Shown piece by piece: positions 49,993 to 60,620 of a stretch of 64,000 nucleotides of DNA. The DNA comes from an uncultured beta proteobacterium (GTDB lineage: Bacteria > Pseudomonadota > Gammaproteobacteria > Burkholderiales > SG8-39): contig CAWHBL010000029.1 of the NCBI GenBank assembly GCA_963827555.1, positions 45,054 through 109,053 of the forward strand. Reading direction: 5' to 3'. Under the pieces are notes generated by a model. It ran no database searches, was not told where the DNA came from, and worked only from the letters and a program-made list of their open reading frames with translations. Numbering within the stretch: the stretch's first letter is position 1; the number at the start of each line of letters is the position of its first letter. The position numbers and the translations under genes were made by a program.

Positions 49993-50028
49993 GAGGACGC
50001 AAGCGACCCTTGCGTCCTCTTTCTTTTC
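49993..50028 (+). terminator. Intrinsic terminator-like hairpin between tctA and tctC
   Basis: GAGGACGCAAG (49993-50003), 5-nt loop, CTTGCGTCCTC (50009-50019): a perfect 11-bp stem followed by TTTCTTTTC. Confidence 0.6.
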
Positions 50029-50042
50029 GACCCGGAGGAATC

Positions 50043-51014
50043 ATGAAGCGACTTGCTGTTGGCGTTGGCGGTGGCGTGCGCGCTGGGCGCGGCGCCGGCC
50101 GCCGCCCAGCCCTATCCGTCCAAGCCGATCCGCTTCGTGGTGCCGTTCCCGCCCGGCGGACCGCTCGACATCATGGGGCGCGGCATCGCGCAGAAGCTGC
50201 AGGAGGCGTGGGGCCAGCCGGTCGTCGTCGACAACCGTCCCGGGCGCGGGCGGCGGGATCGGCGCGGACCTCGTCGCGAAGTCGCCCGGCGACGGCTACA
50301 CGCTGCTGATGGGGGCGGTGAGCACGCACGCGATCAACCCGAGCCTCTACGCGAAGATCCCGTACGACCCGCAGAAGGACTTCGTGCCGGTGGCGCTCGT
50401 CGCGCAGGTGCCGAACATCCTCGTGGTCAACCCCGCGCTGCCGGTGAAGTCGGTGGCGCGAGCTGATCGACTACGCGCGGGCGAAGCCGGGCGCGCTCTC
50501 GTTCGGGTCGGGCTCGACCGGTTCGACCGGGCATCTCGCCGGCGAGCTCTTCAAGACGATGGCCGGGGTCGAGATGGTGCACATCCCGTACAAGGGCGGC
50601 GCGCCGGCGATGCAGGACCTCCTCGCCGGCCAGACGCAGCTCATGTTCGACAACCTCGCGAACGCGCTGCCGCAGGTGAAGGCAGGGAAGCTGCGCGCGC
50701 TCGCGGTGACGACGCGCGAGCGCGCGCCCGCGGTGCCCGATCTGCCGACGGTAGCGGAGTCCGGGCTGCCGGGGTTCGACCTGACGACGTGGTTCGGCGT
50801 CTTCGTGCCCGCCGGCACGCCGCGCGCGACGGTGACGAAGCTGAACGCCGAGATCGTCAAATCCCTGGAGTCGAAGGCGCTTGCCGACCGGCTCGCGACG
50901 ATGGGGACGGTCCCGCCCGCGACCAATACGCCGGAGAGCTTCGCGGCGTTCGTGCGCGCCGAGGCCGCGAAGTACGCGCAGGTCGTGAAGAGCTCCGGCG
51001 CGCGGGTCGACTGA
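50043..51014 (+). pseudogene. tctC: Bug-family tricarboxylate-binding protein, reading frame broken three times
   Basis: RBS GGAGGA, ATG 50043 (MKR). Then [38 protein letters not shown]...VVVDNRPG / [31 protein letters not shown]...ALPVKSVA / [31 protein letters not shown]...VHIPYKGGAP...SSGARVD-stop 51014. Breaks at about 50052, 50245 and 50458, each +1. Confidence 0.82.
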
Positions 51015-51045
51015 CCGGGGCGCGAGGGCGTACCATTCCAGCGCC

Positions 51046-51804
51046 ATGCCCGCGCCGGAACGGCGGGCGGACGAGCCCGTCCGCGCGCCGCATTCGATCC
51101 TCCCCGAGTACTACGCGACGCCCGCCGCGCGGCGCGGATACATCGCGCGCGCGTTCGACGCCGCGGCCGGCGACTACGACCGCGTCGACCGGCTCCTCGC
51201 GCTCCGCACGGGCGCGTGGTACCGCCGCCAGGCGCTCGCGCGCGCCGGGCTCGCGCCCGGGATGCGCGTGCTCGACGTCGCGGTCGGCACCGGGCTCGTC
51301 GCGAAGGAGGCGGTGCGGATCCTCGGCGACGCCCGCGGCGTCGTCGGCCTCGATCCGAGCGCCGGCATGATGGGCGCCCTCGGCCCGGCCGGGATCACGC
51401 TCGTTCGCGGGCGCGCCGAGGCGCTGCCGTTCGCCGCCGGCGCGTTCGACTTCCTTTCGCTCGGCTTCGCACTGCGCCACGTCGACGACGTCGGTGCGGT
51501 GTTCCGCGAGTTCCGCCGGGTGCTCAAGCCGGGCGGACGCCTGCTCATGCTCGAGATCACGCGGCCGGAGAGCCGGCTCGGGGCGGCGCTGCTGAAGGGC
51601 TACATGCGCGGCGCGGTGCCGTGCCTCGCGCGCCTGGTCGCGCGCGACCCGGACACGCCGCGGCTCTACCGCTACTACTGGGACACGATCGAGGCCTGCG
51701 CGCCGCCGTCGCAGGTGCTCGCGACGCTCGCGGCGGCCGGATTCGCGGGCGCGGAGCGCTTCGTGCAGCTCGGGATCCTGTCCGAATATCGCGCAACGGC
51801 CTGA
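51046..51804 (+). CDS. Class I SAM-dependent methyltransferase (UbiE/MenG-like)
   Basis: 252 aa. YDRVDRLLALRTGAWYRRQAL, VLDVAVGTGLV, GLDPSAGMM, LKPGGRLLMLE. Confidence 0.72.
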   Translation: MPAPERRADEPVRAPHSILPEYYATPAARRGYIARAFDAAAGDYDRVDRLLALRTGAWYRRQALARAGLAPGMRVLDVAVGTGLVAKEAVRILGDARGVVGLDPSAGMMGALGPAGITLVRGRAEALPFAAGAFDFLSLGFALRHVDDVGAVFREFRRVLKPGGRLLMLEITRPESRLGAALLKGYMRGAVPCLARLVARDPDTPRLYRYYWDTIEACAPPSQVLATLAAAGFAGAERFVQLGILSEYRATA

Positions 51805-51866
51805 CCGCCGCCGCATTCCGCGCGCTGGTTTAGGATCTCGCGACGGATCCGCACCGGGAGACCGCA

Positions 51867-52571
51867 ATGCCGCGCCACCGCGCCTCGGTTCTGTCGCTCG
51901 TCCCGCTCCTCGCGCTCGGCGCCGGCGAGCTTTCCGCGCAAGCCTCGAAGGTCCCCGACACGCTCGAGCAGCGGCTCCTCGCCTGCGCGATCTGTCACGG
52001 CAAGGAGGGCGAAGGAATCCAGAAGAACGAGTACTACCCGCGCCTCGCGGGCAAGCCGGCGGGGTACCTCTACAACCAGCTCGTCAATTTCCGCGAGCGG
52101 CGGCGCGACGTCCCGATCATGACCTACATGGTCGCCTACCTGTCCGACCCCTATCTGCGCGAGATGGCGGAGTACTACGCCAATCTGCACCCGCCGTACC
52201 CCGCGCCGGCAGGCGGAGCGTCGCAGGCGTTGCTCGCGCGCGGCGAAGCGCTGGCAACGAACGGCGATCCGTCGCGCAGCATCCCCGCCTGTTCGGCCTG
52301 TCACGGCAAGGCGCTCACCGGGATGGAGCCCGCGATCCCCGGCCTCGTCGGCCTGCACCGCGACTACGTCGCCGGCCAGATGGGGAGCTGGAAGGTCGGA
52401 CGGCGCAAAGGCGCGGCGCCGGACTGCATGGCGGAGGTCGCATCGCGCCTCACCCCCGACGACATCGCCGCCGTCAACGCCTGGCTCGGGGCGCAGCGCG
52501 TCGCGCCCGACGCGCGGCCGGCGCCGGCCGGCTCCCTCAAGCCGCCGCTCGAGTGCGGCGGCGTGCAGTGA
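51867..52571 (+). CDS. Di-haem cytochrome c (c4-like)
   Basis: 234 aa. Signal peptide, two CxxCH motifs (CAICH, CSACH), YPRLAGKPAGYLYNQL. Confidence 0.85.
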   Translation: MPRHRASVLSLVPLLALGAGELSAQASKVPDTLEQRLLACAICHGKEGEGIQKNEYYPRLAGKPAGYLYNQLVNFRERRRDVPIMTYMVAYLSDPYLREMAEYYANLHPPYPAPAGGASQALLARGEALATNGDPSRSIPACSACHGKALTGMEPAIPGLVGLHRDYVAGQMGSWKVGRRKGAAPDCMAEVASRLTPDDIAAVNAWLGAQRVAPDARPAPAGSLKPPLECGGVQ

Positions 52572-52596
52572 CCCGGGCCACGAGGAGGAAAAGCCC

Positions 52597-53869
52597 ATGA
52601 AACGCGCGCTCGTCCTCGGCATCCTCGCCGTCATCGTCGTCGTCGCAGCCGTGCTCCTCGTTCGCCGCGAAGAGGGTGCGCCTGCCCCCGCGGCCAAGCG
52701 TGACGACACGCAGATCGGACGCGGCGAGTACCTGGCCCTCATCGGCGATTGCCTCGCCTGTCACACCGTGCGCGGCGGCAGGCCGTACGCCGGCGGGCTG
52801 CCGATCCCGACGCCGTTCGGGACGCTGTACACGCCGAACATCACCCCCGATCCGGAGACCGGGATCGGCAAGTGGACGGCGGACGACTTCTGGCGCGCGC
52901 TGCACGACGGCGTCGGCAAGGACGGCTCGTATCTCTATCCGGCGTTCCCGTACACGAACTACACCAAGGTCACGCGCGCGGACTCGGACGCGATGTACGC
53001 GTTCTTCATGGCGCTGCCGCCGGTCAACCAGCCGAACCAGCCGCACGAGATGACGCTTTCCCTACAACCAGCGGCAGCTGCTGCTCGGCTGGCGCACGCT
53101 GTACTTCAAGGCGGGCGAGTTCCAGCCGAACCCGCAGCAGTCGACCGAATGGAACCGCGGGGCGTATCTCGTGGAGGGGCTCGGCCATTGCAACGCCTGT
53201 CACGGCAGCCGCAACATCCTCGGCGCGGTGCGGGACGACGACATCGGCGGCGGCCTGATCCCGGTGCAGAACTGGTATGCCCCGTCGCTCAGCTCGGCGC
53301 GCGAAACGGGCGTGGGCGACTGGGAGGTCAAGGACATCGTCGACCTGCTACGCACCGGGGTATCGCCGCGCGGCGCGGTCTACGGACCCATGTCGGCGGT
53401 GGTGGCCCACAGCCTGCAGAACGTGACCATCGGCGACCTCAGCGCGATGGCGATCTACCTCAAGTCGCAGGCCCAGAAGAGCGCGCCGGCCGAACCGGCG
53501 CAGGTGCGGACGACGGAGGAGCAGGTGGCGGGGATGCTGAAGCAGGGCGCCTCGCTGTACGAGAAGCACTGCGCCGACTGCCACCAGCCGAACGGCGTGG
53601 GGGTGCCGCGGATCTATCCGCCGCTCGCGAACAACCGCTCGATCCTGACGCCCCATCCGATCAACGCGATCCGGATCGTGCTCTTCGGCGGTTTTCCGCC
53701 GAGCACCGAGGGCAATCCGCGGCCGTACGGGATGCCGCCGTTCTACCAGGACCTGAGCGACGTGGAAGTGGCGGCGGTGGTCACCTACATTCGCCAGACG
53801 TGGGGCAACAGCGCGCCGGCCGTGTCGCACGTGGAGGTGGACCGCGGCCGGAAGGTGGCGGTGGACTAG
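52597..53869 (+). pseudogene. Membrane-anchored tri-haem cytochrome c (dehydrogenase cytochrome c subunit-like), reading frame broken once
   Basis: N-terminal TM, CLACH and LYTPNITPD in ORF 52597.. frame. FPYNQRQLLLGWRTLYF...CNACHG...CADCH...MPPF in frame of ORF 53171..53869. Junction at about 53050-53058. Confidence 0.82.
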
Positions 53870-53876
53870 TCCTTCG

Positions 53877-54800
53877 TCAGCGCCCGAGCGCGGCCCGGAC
53901 CTGCTCCGGGCGCGGCAACGGGGCGACGGCGCCGAAGCCGGTGGTCGAGAGCGCCGCCGCGACGTTCGCCCAGCGAACGGCCGCGGCGGGCGCATCGCCG
54001 GCGGCGATCCGCGCGAGGAAGTTCCCGGCGAAGCAGTCGCCCGCGCCGGTCGCGTCGCGCGCCTGGACCGGATGCGGGGCGACCGGCGTGCGTTCGGCGC
54101 CGTCGTCGAGCAGCGCGCCCTTGCGACCGAGCTTCAGCACGATGCGGCGCGCCCCCGCCGCGCGCGACCAGTCGAGGATCGCCTCCGGCGCGTCGAGCCC
54201 GGTGAGCGTCTGCATGTCGTCGAAGCTCGGCAGGAACCAGTCGGTCGACGCGAGCGTGTCACGCAGGATGGCCCGGGCGCGGTCGCGCGGCCACAGGCCG
54301 AGCCGGAGGTTGGAGTCGTAGCAGACCTGCGTTCCGGCGGCGCGCGCGCGTGCGATGGCGGCGTACACGGTATCGCAGGCGCTGACGCTGATCGCCTGGC
54401 TGATCGCCGAGACGTGCAGGAAGCGGGCGCGCTCGACCAGTCCGTGCGCGAGGTCCGCGGGCTGCATGCGGCTCGCCGCCGAGCCGGCCCGCAGATAGCT
54501 GAAGACGTGGCCGTCGGGGCCGTGGGTCACGAAGTACAGGCCGGTGTGCGCCGTCGGATCGGTGAGCACGCCCGCGTCGTCCACTCCTTCGGCCCGCCAG
54601 AGCGCGCGCAGCTGCGCGCCGAAAGCGTCGTCGCCGACCCGGGTGAGGTAACCGCAGCGCGCACCCTGCCGGGCGGCCGCGATCATCGCGTTGGAGGTGT
54701 CGCCGCCGTAGCCCTGCAGGAAACCCGGCTCGCTCGGGACGGTCTGGTTGAACTCGATCAGCGGCTCGCCGAGCGCGACGATATCGTATTGCCGGTCCAT
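53877..54800 (-). CDS. kdgK: PfkB-family sugar kinase, 2-dehydro-3-deoxygluconokinase-like
   Basis: ATG 54800 in ORF 53877..54857. DIVALGEPLIEFNQ, GGDTSN, DATGAGDCFAG. 16 nt downstream of the dehydratase gene. Confidence 0.8.
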   Translation of the reverse strand: MDRQYDIVALGEPLIEFNQTVPSEPGFLQGYGGDTSNAMIAAARQGARCGYLTRVGDDAFGAQLRALWRAEGVDDAGVLTDPTAHTGLYFVTHGPDGHVFSYLRAGSAASRMQPADLAHGLVERARFLHVSAISQAISVSACDTVYAAIARARAAGTQVCYDSNLRLGLWPRDRARAILRDTLASTDWFLPSFDDMQTLTGLDAPEAILDWSRAAGARRIVLKLGRKGALLDDGAERTPVAPHPVQARDATGAGDCFAGNFLARIAAGDAPAAAVRWANVAAALSTTGFGAVAPLPRPEQVRAALGR

Positions 54801-54816
54801 GTCGCGATGCCGCCGA

Positions 54817-56547
54817 TCAGTGCGACTCGCGTGGTACCGCCGCCCCGCGGCATCCAACCAGGAAGTCGAGATCCGCGCCGCGATCGGCCTGCATGACGTG
54901 ATCGACGTAAAGCCGCTGATAGCCGCCGCGCATCGCCGGCTCCGGCGGCGACCACGCCGTGCGGCGCCGCGCCAGTTCCTCGTCGCCGACCTCGAGATGG
55001 AGTTTCCGCGCCGCCACGTCGAGCTCGATCATGTCGCCGTTCCGAACCAGCGCGAGCGGCCCACCCGCGGCGGCTTCGGGCGAGACGTGCAGCACGACGG
55101 CGCCGTAAGCGGTCCCGCTCATGCGGCCGTCGGAAATGCGCACCATGTCGGTGATGCCCTTGCGCAGTACCTTGGCCGGCAGCGGCATGTTGCCTACCTC
55201 GGCGAAGCCCGGATAGCCCTTCGGGCCCGCCCCCTTCAGCACCAGCACGCAGGTCTCGTCCACGTCGAGCGCCTCGTCGTCGATCCGGTCGTGCAGCTCC
55301 TCGACATTCTCGAACACCACGGCGCGGCCGCGATGCTTGAGCAGCGACTCCGTTGCGGCCGATGGCTTGATGATCGCGCCGTTCGGCGCGAGGTTCCCGC
55401 GCAGCACCGCGATGCCGGCCCGCGGCTTGAACGGCTTGCCGAAGGGGGTGATGACGTTGCGGTCGATGCACTCCGCGTCCTTGACGTTGTCCCAGAGGCG
55501 CTTGCCGTTGACGGTCAACGCGTCCTTGTTCAGCAGGCCGTTGTCGCCCAGCTCGCGGAGGACTACCGGTACGCCGCCGGCATAGTAGAAGTCCTCCATC
55601 AGGAACTGGCCGGACGGCTGCAGGTCGACGAGGCAGGGCACGTCGCTGCCGAGCTCCCAGTCCTCGAGCTTCAGGGGGACGCCGATGCGGCCGGCGAGCG
55701 CGAGCAGGTGCACCACCGCGTTGGTCGAGCCGCCGATCGCGGCGTTCGCGCGGATGGCGTTGGCGAACGCCTCCGGCGTGAGGATGCGGTCCATCGTGAG
55801 GTTCTCGCGCACCATCTCGACGATGCGGCGGCCGGCGAGGTGAGCGAGCACCTGCCGGCGCGAGTCCACCGCCGGGATCGCGGCGTTGCCGGGCAGGCCG
55901 ATGCCGAGCGTCTCCACCATCGACGCCATGGTCGAGGCGGTTCCCATCGTCATGCAGTGCCCGCGCGAGCGGTTCATCGCGCTTTCGGCCTCGATGAAAT
56001 CCTCGCGCTTCATCTTGCCGGCGCGCACCTCCTCGCTCATCTGCCACACGCCGGTGCCCGAGCCGAGCATGCGGCCCTTGTAGTTGCCGCGGAGCATCGG
56101 CCCCCCCGACACCATCAGCGCGGGCAGGTTGCACGACGCGGCGCCCATCAGCAGCGCCGGCGTGGTCTTGTCGCAGCCGGCGAGCAGGATCACGCCGTCG
56201 ATCGGGTTGGCGCGGATCGATTCCTCGACGTCCATCGACGCGAGGTTGCGGAACAGCATCGCGGTCGGGCGCAGGTTCGTCTCGCCGAGCGACATGACCG
56301 GGAACTCGAACGGGACCCCGCCCGCCTCCCACACGCCGCGCTTCACGTACTCGGCGAGCTCGCGGAAGTGCGCGTTGCAGGGGGTGAGCTCGCTGAAGGT
56401 GTTGCAGATGCCGATCGCCGGGCGGCCGTCGAAGACGTGGTGCGGCAGGCCCTGGTTCTTCATCCACGAGCGGTGGATGAAGCCGTCCTTGTCCGTGCGC
56501 CCGAACCACTCCTGGCTGCGCAGCGGCTTGGCTGTGGAGTCGTTCAT
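54817..56547 (-). CDS. IlvD/Edd family sugar-acid dehydratase (arabonate/xylonate/gluconate-type; substrate unknown)
   Basis: ATG 56547 is 8 nt after GGGAGGG, in ORF 54817..56556. ICNTFSELTPCNAHF, AGCDKTTPA, GHCMTMGTASTM, AIGGSTNAVVHL, RISDGRMSGTAYG. Confidence 0.88.
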   Translation of the reverse strand: MNDSTAKPLRSQEWFGRTDKDGFIHRSWMKNQGLPHHVFDGRPAIGICNTFSELTPCNAHFRELAEYVKRGVWEAGGVPFEFPVMSLGETNLRPTAMLFRNLASMDVEESIRANPIDGVILLAGCDKTTPALLMGAASCNLPALMVSGGPMLRGNYKGRMLGSGTGVWQMSEEVRAGKMKREDFIEAESAMNRSRGHCMTMGTASTMASMVETLGIGLPGNAAIPAVDSRRQVLAHLAGRRIVEMVRENLTMDRILTPEAFANAIRANAAIGGSTNAVVHLLALAGRIGVPLKLEDWELGSDVPCLVDLQPSGQFLMEDFYYAGGVPVVLRELGDNGLLNKDALTVNGKRLWDNVKDAECIDRNVITPFGKPFKPRAGIAVLRGNLAPNGAIIKPSAATESLLKHRGRAVVFENVEELHDRIDDEALDVDETCVLVLKGAGPKGYPGFAEVGNMPLPAKVLRKGITDMVRISDGRMSGTAYGAVVLHVSPEAAAGGPLALVRNGDMIELDVAARKLHLEVGDEELARRRTAWSPPEPAMRGGYQRLYVDHVMQADRGADLDFLVGCRGAAVPRESH

Positions 56548-56685
56548 GCCGTGCACCCTCCCGGTCTGGAGCCACGGCTGGGCGGCGGCCGCTGGCCGGT
56601 GCAGGGCGGGCGCGCGGCGCCGGCCGGAACGTGCAGGCCCGAGGCGCCCCGGCGCCGACGATGGAATCTGCCGCGCGGGGTCCTG

Positions 56686-57631
56686 CTAGCGACGCCTGCC
56701 TTCTCGGCGCGAGCCGCTCATTCTCCGAACGCGCGCGCCCCAGATGTCTTGCACAAAGTTGCGTGCAGCGGCGCTGACGTTCTTCGCGCCGTTCGGGCCG
56801 AGATCGACCTGGTAGCGCCCGGGAGTGACGCCGACGATCTCGTGGAAGCAGCGGGTGAAGTGGCTCTGGTCGAAGAACCCGGTCCGCAGCGCGACCTCGG
56901 CGAGCTCGACGCCGCTCCGGAGCAGCCGCTTGGCGTAGATCACCCGCAGCAGCAGCTGGTAGCGGTGCGGCGTGGTACCCAGCCGGGCGGCAAAGAGGCG
57001 CAGGAAGTGGAACTTGCTCAGCCCGGCGGCGGCCGCGAGGTCATCGAGGCTGATCTCCTGGGTGTAGTTCGCGCGCAGGTGAGCGAGCGCACCGTCGATT
57101 GCCGGCGCGTGCCGCGTCGGGCGATCGAACCCGGCGATCTCGACCCGGGTTCCCCAGGACGCGAGGTCGCGGACCGCGCGCCGCAGGCTGGCCTGCGCCG
57201 CCGCGGGCGGGGTGCCGTTCGCGAGCTCCCGGTGCGCCGCGGTCACGGTCGACGAGAGCTCCGGCTCGGCGCGGATGGCGCCGGGCGCGGCCCGGAGCCC
57301 GGTCACCGGCGGCACCGAGCCCTTCAGGCCGACGAGCACCGCCGGGTCGACGCGCAGGGCGAAGAACGAGAAGCCATCGCCGTCCGTCGCCGCTACCGAA
57401 TGGAGCTGCCCGGGCGGCAGCAGCGTGAGCCAGCCCGTCGGGCGCGGAATAGGCCGACCCGTTGAGCTCGATTCGCGCTTCGCCGCGGGTGATCAGCCGG
57501 ATCTCGACGTGGTCGTGGAACTGCTGGCGCTCCGGGGCGGTCACGTCGTCGCCGAGGTACACCTCGGCATCCTGCCACTCGGGGACGGTGAAGTAACGGA
57601 CCCGTTTTTCGTGTTGTAGGTGGTTGTTCAT
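56686..57631 (-). pseudogene. AraC family transcriptional regulator (cupin + HTH), reading frame broken once
   Basis: ATG 57631: MNNHLQHEKRVRYFTVPEWQ...FHDHVEIRLITRGEARIELNGSAYSA. Then one base out of frame: PTGWLTLLPPGQLHS...LDDLAAAAGLSKFHFLRLFAARLGTTPHRYQ...FFDQSHFTRCFHEIVGVTPGRY. Junction at about 57428-57432 in a CCC run. Confidence 0.82.
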
Positions 57632-57729
57632 GCGCGCGATTGTACGGAGGCGACATATACAAAACAAATGAGAGTTTCGCCGATAGCTATTCCGGATTAA
57701 TATAACTTGAGCCACCCGGAGGGCAACCC
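57632..57729. promoter_or_regulatory. Divergent promoter/operator region between the AraC and LysR regulator genes
   Basis: The most AT-rich stretch in this part of the window (ATATACAAAACAAATGAGAGTTT...GGATTAATATAACTTGAG). No individual site can be assigned by eye. Confidence 0.3.
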
Positions 57730-58719
57730 ATGCCGGTCAGCCAGTCCACGCTTATCCGTTCGCGTCTGAAGACGCGGCAGATCCTGCTGCTCGTGCATCT
57801 GGACGAGCAGCGGTCGGTGCTGCGGGCTGCCGCGGCGGCCGGCATGACTCAGCCGGCCGCGTCGAAGCTCCTGGGCGAGCTCGAGGAAGCGCTCGGTGTC
57901 GCGCTGTTCGAGCGGCACGCGCGGGGGGTCGAGCCGACCTGGTACGGGGAGATCCTGGTGCGGCACGCGCGCGCGGCGCTGGCCGAGCTCGCCCGGGCGC
58001 ACGAGGAAATCGAGGCCCTCAGGGCGGGACTCGCCGGCAAGGCATCGATCGGCACCGTCGTGACGCCCGGAACCGGCCTCGTTCCGACGGCCGTCGCGAG
58101 GCTGAAGCGGCGGCATCCGCGGATCCTCGTGCGGATCGACCTGGACCACAGCGAGGCGCTGGTGGGGCGCCTGGTCGCGGGCGAGCTCGACATGGCCGTC
58201 GCCCGGATCCGCGACGCGCAGACCGCGGGCGACCTCGATTTCGAACCGCTCGGGGACGAGCCCCAGAGCGTGATCGCGCGCGCCGATCACCCCCTCGCCC
58301 GGAAGCGTCGTCTGGGCGTCGCGGACCTCGCCCGGCAGGGGTGGGTCCTGCCGCCGTCGGGCAGCGCGCTCCGTGACGAGCTCGATGCGATGTTCCTGGA
58401 GCACGGGCTCGACCCGCCGGCGAACGTGGTCGAGGCCTCGTCGCTGCTCGTCGTCATCAGCCTGCTGTCGTCGACCGACATGGTGGTCTCGCTGCCCAAG
58501 GAGTCGGTGCGCCCCTACTGCGCGGCGGGTGTCCTGACCGTCCTGCCGATCACGCTCAAGGTCCGGATGGAGTCGTTCGGCATCGTCACGCGCCGGGGCC
58601 GCCGGCTTTCCCCCGGGGCGGAGACGTTGCTCGCCGTGCTCCGCGCGACTGCGGCGCGTCTCTACTCCCGCCGGGCGCCGGGCACGCCTCGGCCGCGGAC
58701 GCGCGCCGGCGCCTCCTAG
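57730..58719 (+). CDS. LysR family transcriptional regulator
   Basis: 329 aa. RBS GGAGGG. HTH LLLVHLDEQRSVLRAAAAAGMTQPAASKLLGELEEALGVALFER. Confidence 0.9.
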   Translation: MPVSQSTLIRSRLKTRQILLLVHLDEQRSVLRAAAAAGMTQPAASKLLGELEEALGVALFERHARGVEPTWYGEILVRHARAALAELARAHEEIEALRAGLAGKASIGTVVTPGTGLVPTAVARLKRRHPRILVRIDLDHSEALVGRLVAGELDMAVARIRDAQTAGDLDFEPLGDEPQSVIARADHPLARKRRLGVADLARQGWVLPPSGSALRDELDAMFLEHGLDPPANVVEASSLLVVISLLSSTDMVVSLPKESVRPYCAAGVLTVLPITLKVRMESFGIVTRRGRRLSPGAETLLAVLRATAARLYSRRAPGTPRPRTRAGAS

Positions 58720-58955
58720 GCGCGGGCGCCGCGCACGGCGCGTACGGGCGCTCGCGCGCGTTCGGGCCGCCGCGTCGCGGCGACTCCGGCCGAGCAACTT
58801 TCTCCAAGACACCCCGCACCCGCTCTCTAAAGAATGCCGTTTCCGAGAACGCGTGCGCTCGCCTGGGTCGACGGATGTTCACGTCGCAACGCGGGATGCG
58901 GCTCGCGCACCGTTCGTGCCCGGGCCGCCCCGTCCCGGGCTGCCGCGTGTTGGGG

Positions 58956-60590
58956 ATGCCGATGATCGACTCCAGCTCTCTGAGGCAGCTCTTTCCCCGG
59001 GAAGGCGAGATTCCCGAGGAACACCGGCTGCAAGCGCCGATCCACCAGCGGACCTATTTGGTGAACGGGGTGCTGAAGGCGTGGGACGGGAAGACGCAAT
59101 CCGTGTACTCCCCGGTCTGCCTGCGCAACGCCAAGGGCGAGGCGCAACCGATCGAGATCGGCAGCTATCCGCTGATCGCCGAGCCGGAGAGCGACGAGGC
59201 GCTCGAGGCCGCGGTGGCGGCGTATGCGAACGGCCGGGGCGAATGGCCCACGATGTCGGTCGGCGAGCGGATCGCCTGCATCGAGGACTTCACCCGGAAA
59301 ATGGTGGCGCAGCGGCGCCAGGTCGTCCAGCTGATCATGTGGGAGATCGGCAAGAGCTTCGCCGACTCCGAGAAGGAGTTCGACCGGACGGTCGAGTACA
59401 TCAAGGCGACGATCCACGCCCTGAAGGAGCTGGACAACGCGAACTCGCGTTTCATCGTCGTGGAAGGCACGATCGGGCAGATCCGCCGCACGCCGCTCGG
59501 CGTGGTGCTGTGCATGGGACCGTTCAACTACCCGTTGAACGAGACGTTCGCGACGTTCATCCCGGCGCTCATCATGGGCAACACGATCGTGTTCAAGCCG
59601 CCGACCTACGGCACGCTGCTGTTCCACCCGCTGCTGGAAGCGTTCCGCAGCTCGTTCCCGAAGGGCGTCGTCAACACCGTGTACGCGCGCGGCTCGGTGG
59701 TCGTGCCGCGGATGCTCGGGTCGGGAAAGGTCAACGTGCTGGCGCTGATCGGATCGAGCAAGGTCGCCGACCACCTCAAGAAGCAGCATCCCAAGTCGCA
59801 CCGCCTGCGGGCGATCCTCGGGCTGGACGCGAAGAACGCCGCGATCGTCCTGCCCGACGCCGACATCGAGCTGGCGGTCAAGGAGTGCCTGCTCGGCGCG
59901 CTGTCCTTCAACGGCCAGCGCTGCACGGCGCTCAAGATGCTCGCCGTGCACCAGTCCGTGGTCGAGCCGTTCCTCGCGCCGCTTCGGCGCGGCGCTCGGC
60001 AAGCTGAAGGTGGGCATGCCCTGGGAGAAGGGCGTGAACATCACCCCGCTGCCCGCGCCGGGAAAGACGGCTTACCTGACCGAGCTCGTCGAGGACGCAA
60101 GGCGAAGGGCGCGCGCGTCGTGAACGAAGGCGGCGGCGCGGTCGCCGAGACGCTGTTCTACCCGGCGGTGGTGTTTCCGGTGCGGGAGGGGATGCGGCTC
60201 TATCGCGAGGAACAGTTCGGTCCGGTCATCCCGGTGATGCCGTTCGCGGACATCGAGACCGCGCTCGAGTACGTCGTGACCTCCGACCACGGCCAGCAGG
60301 TGAGCATCTTCGGCACCGACCCCGACCAGATCGGACGGCTGGTCGACCCGCTCGTGAACCAGGTCTGCCGCGTGAACATCAATGCACAGTGCCAGCGCGG
60401 CCCGGACGTCTTCCCGTTCGCCGGCCGCAAGGATTCCGCCGAGGGCACGCTGTCGGTCACCGACGCGCTGCGCGCGTTCTCGATCCGCTCGATGGTCGCC
60501 ACCAAGCAGACCGAGGACAGCACGAAGCTGCTCGACTCGATCGTCACCAACCACAAGTCGAAGTTCCTGAACACCCGGTTCATCTTCTGA
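58956..60590 (+). pseudogene. gapN: Non-phosphorylating NADP-dependent glyceraldehyde-3-phosphate dehydrogenase (GapN-type aldehyde dehydrogenase) with an internal out-of-frame segment
   Basis: ATG 58956 or 58962 in ORF 58875..60590. GPFNYPLNE, FKPPT, SFNGQRCTALK, EEQFGPVIPV. Residues encoded by about 59978-60097 read as Arg/Gly-rich nonsense, while the +1 frame gives RFGAALGKLKVGMPWEKGVNITPLPAPGKTAYLTELVEDA. This indicates two compensating frame breaks. Confidence 0.8.
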
Positions 60591-60620
60591 CCGCGCGCGA
60601 GAGGCCGGGGAGGAGGAGCG

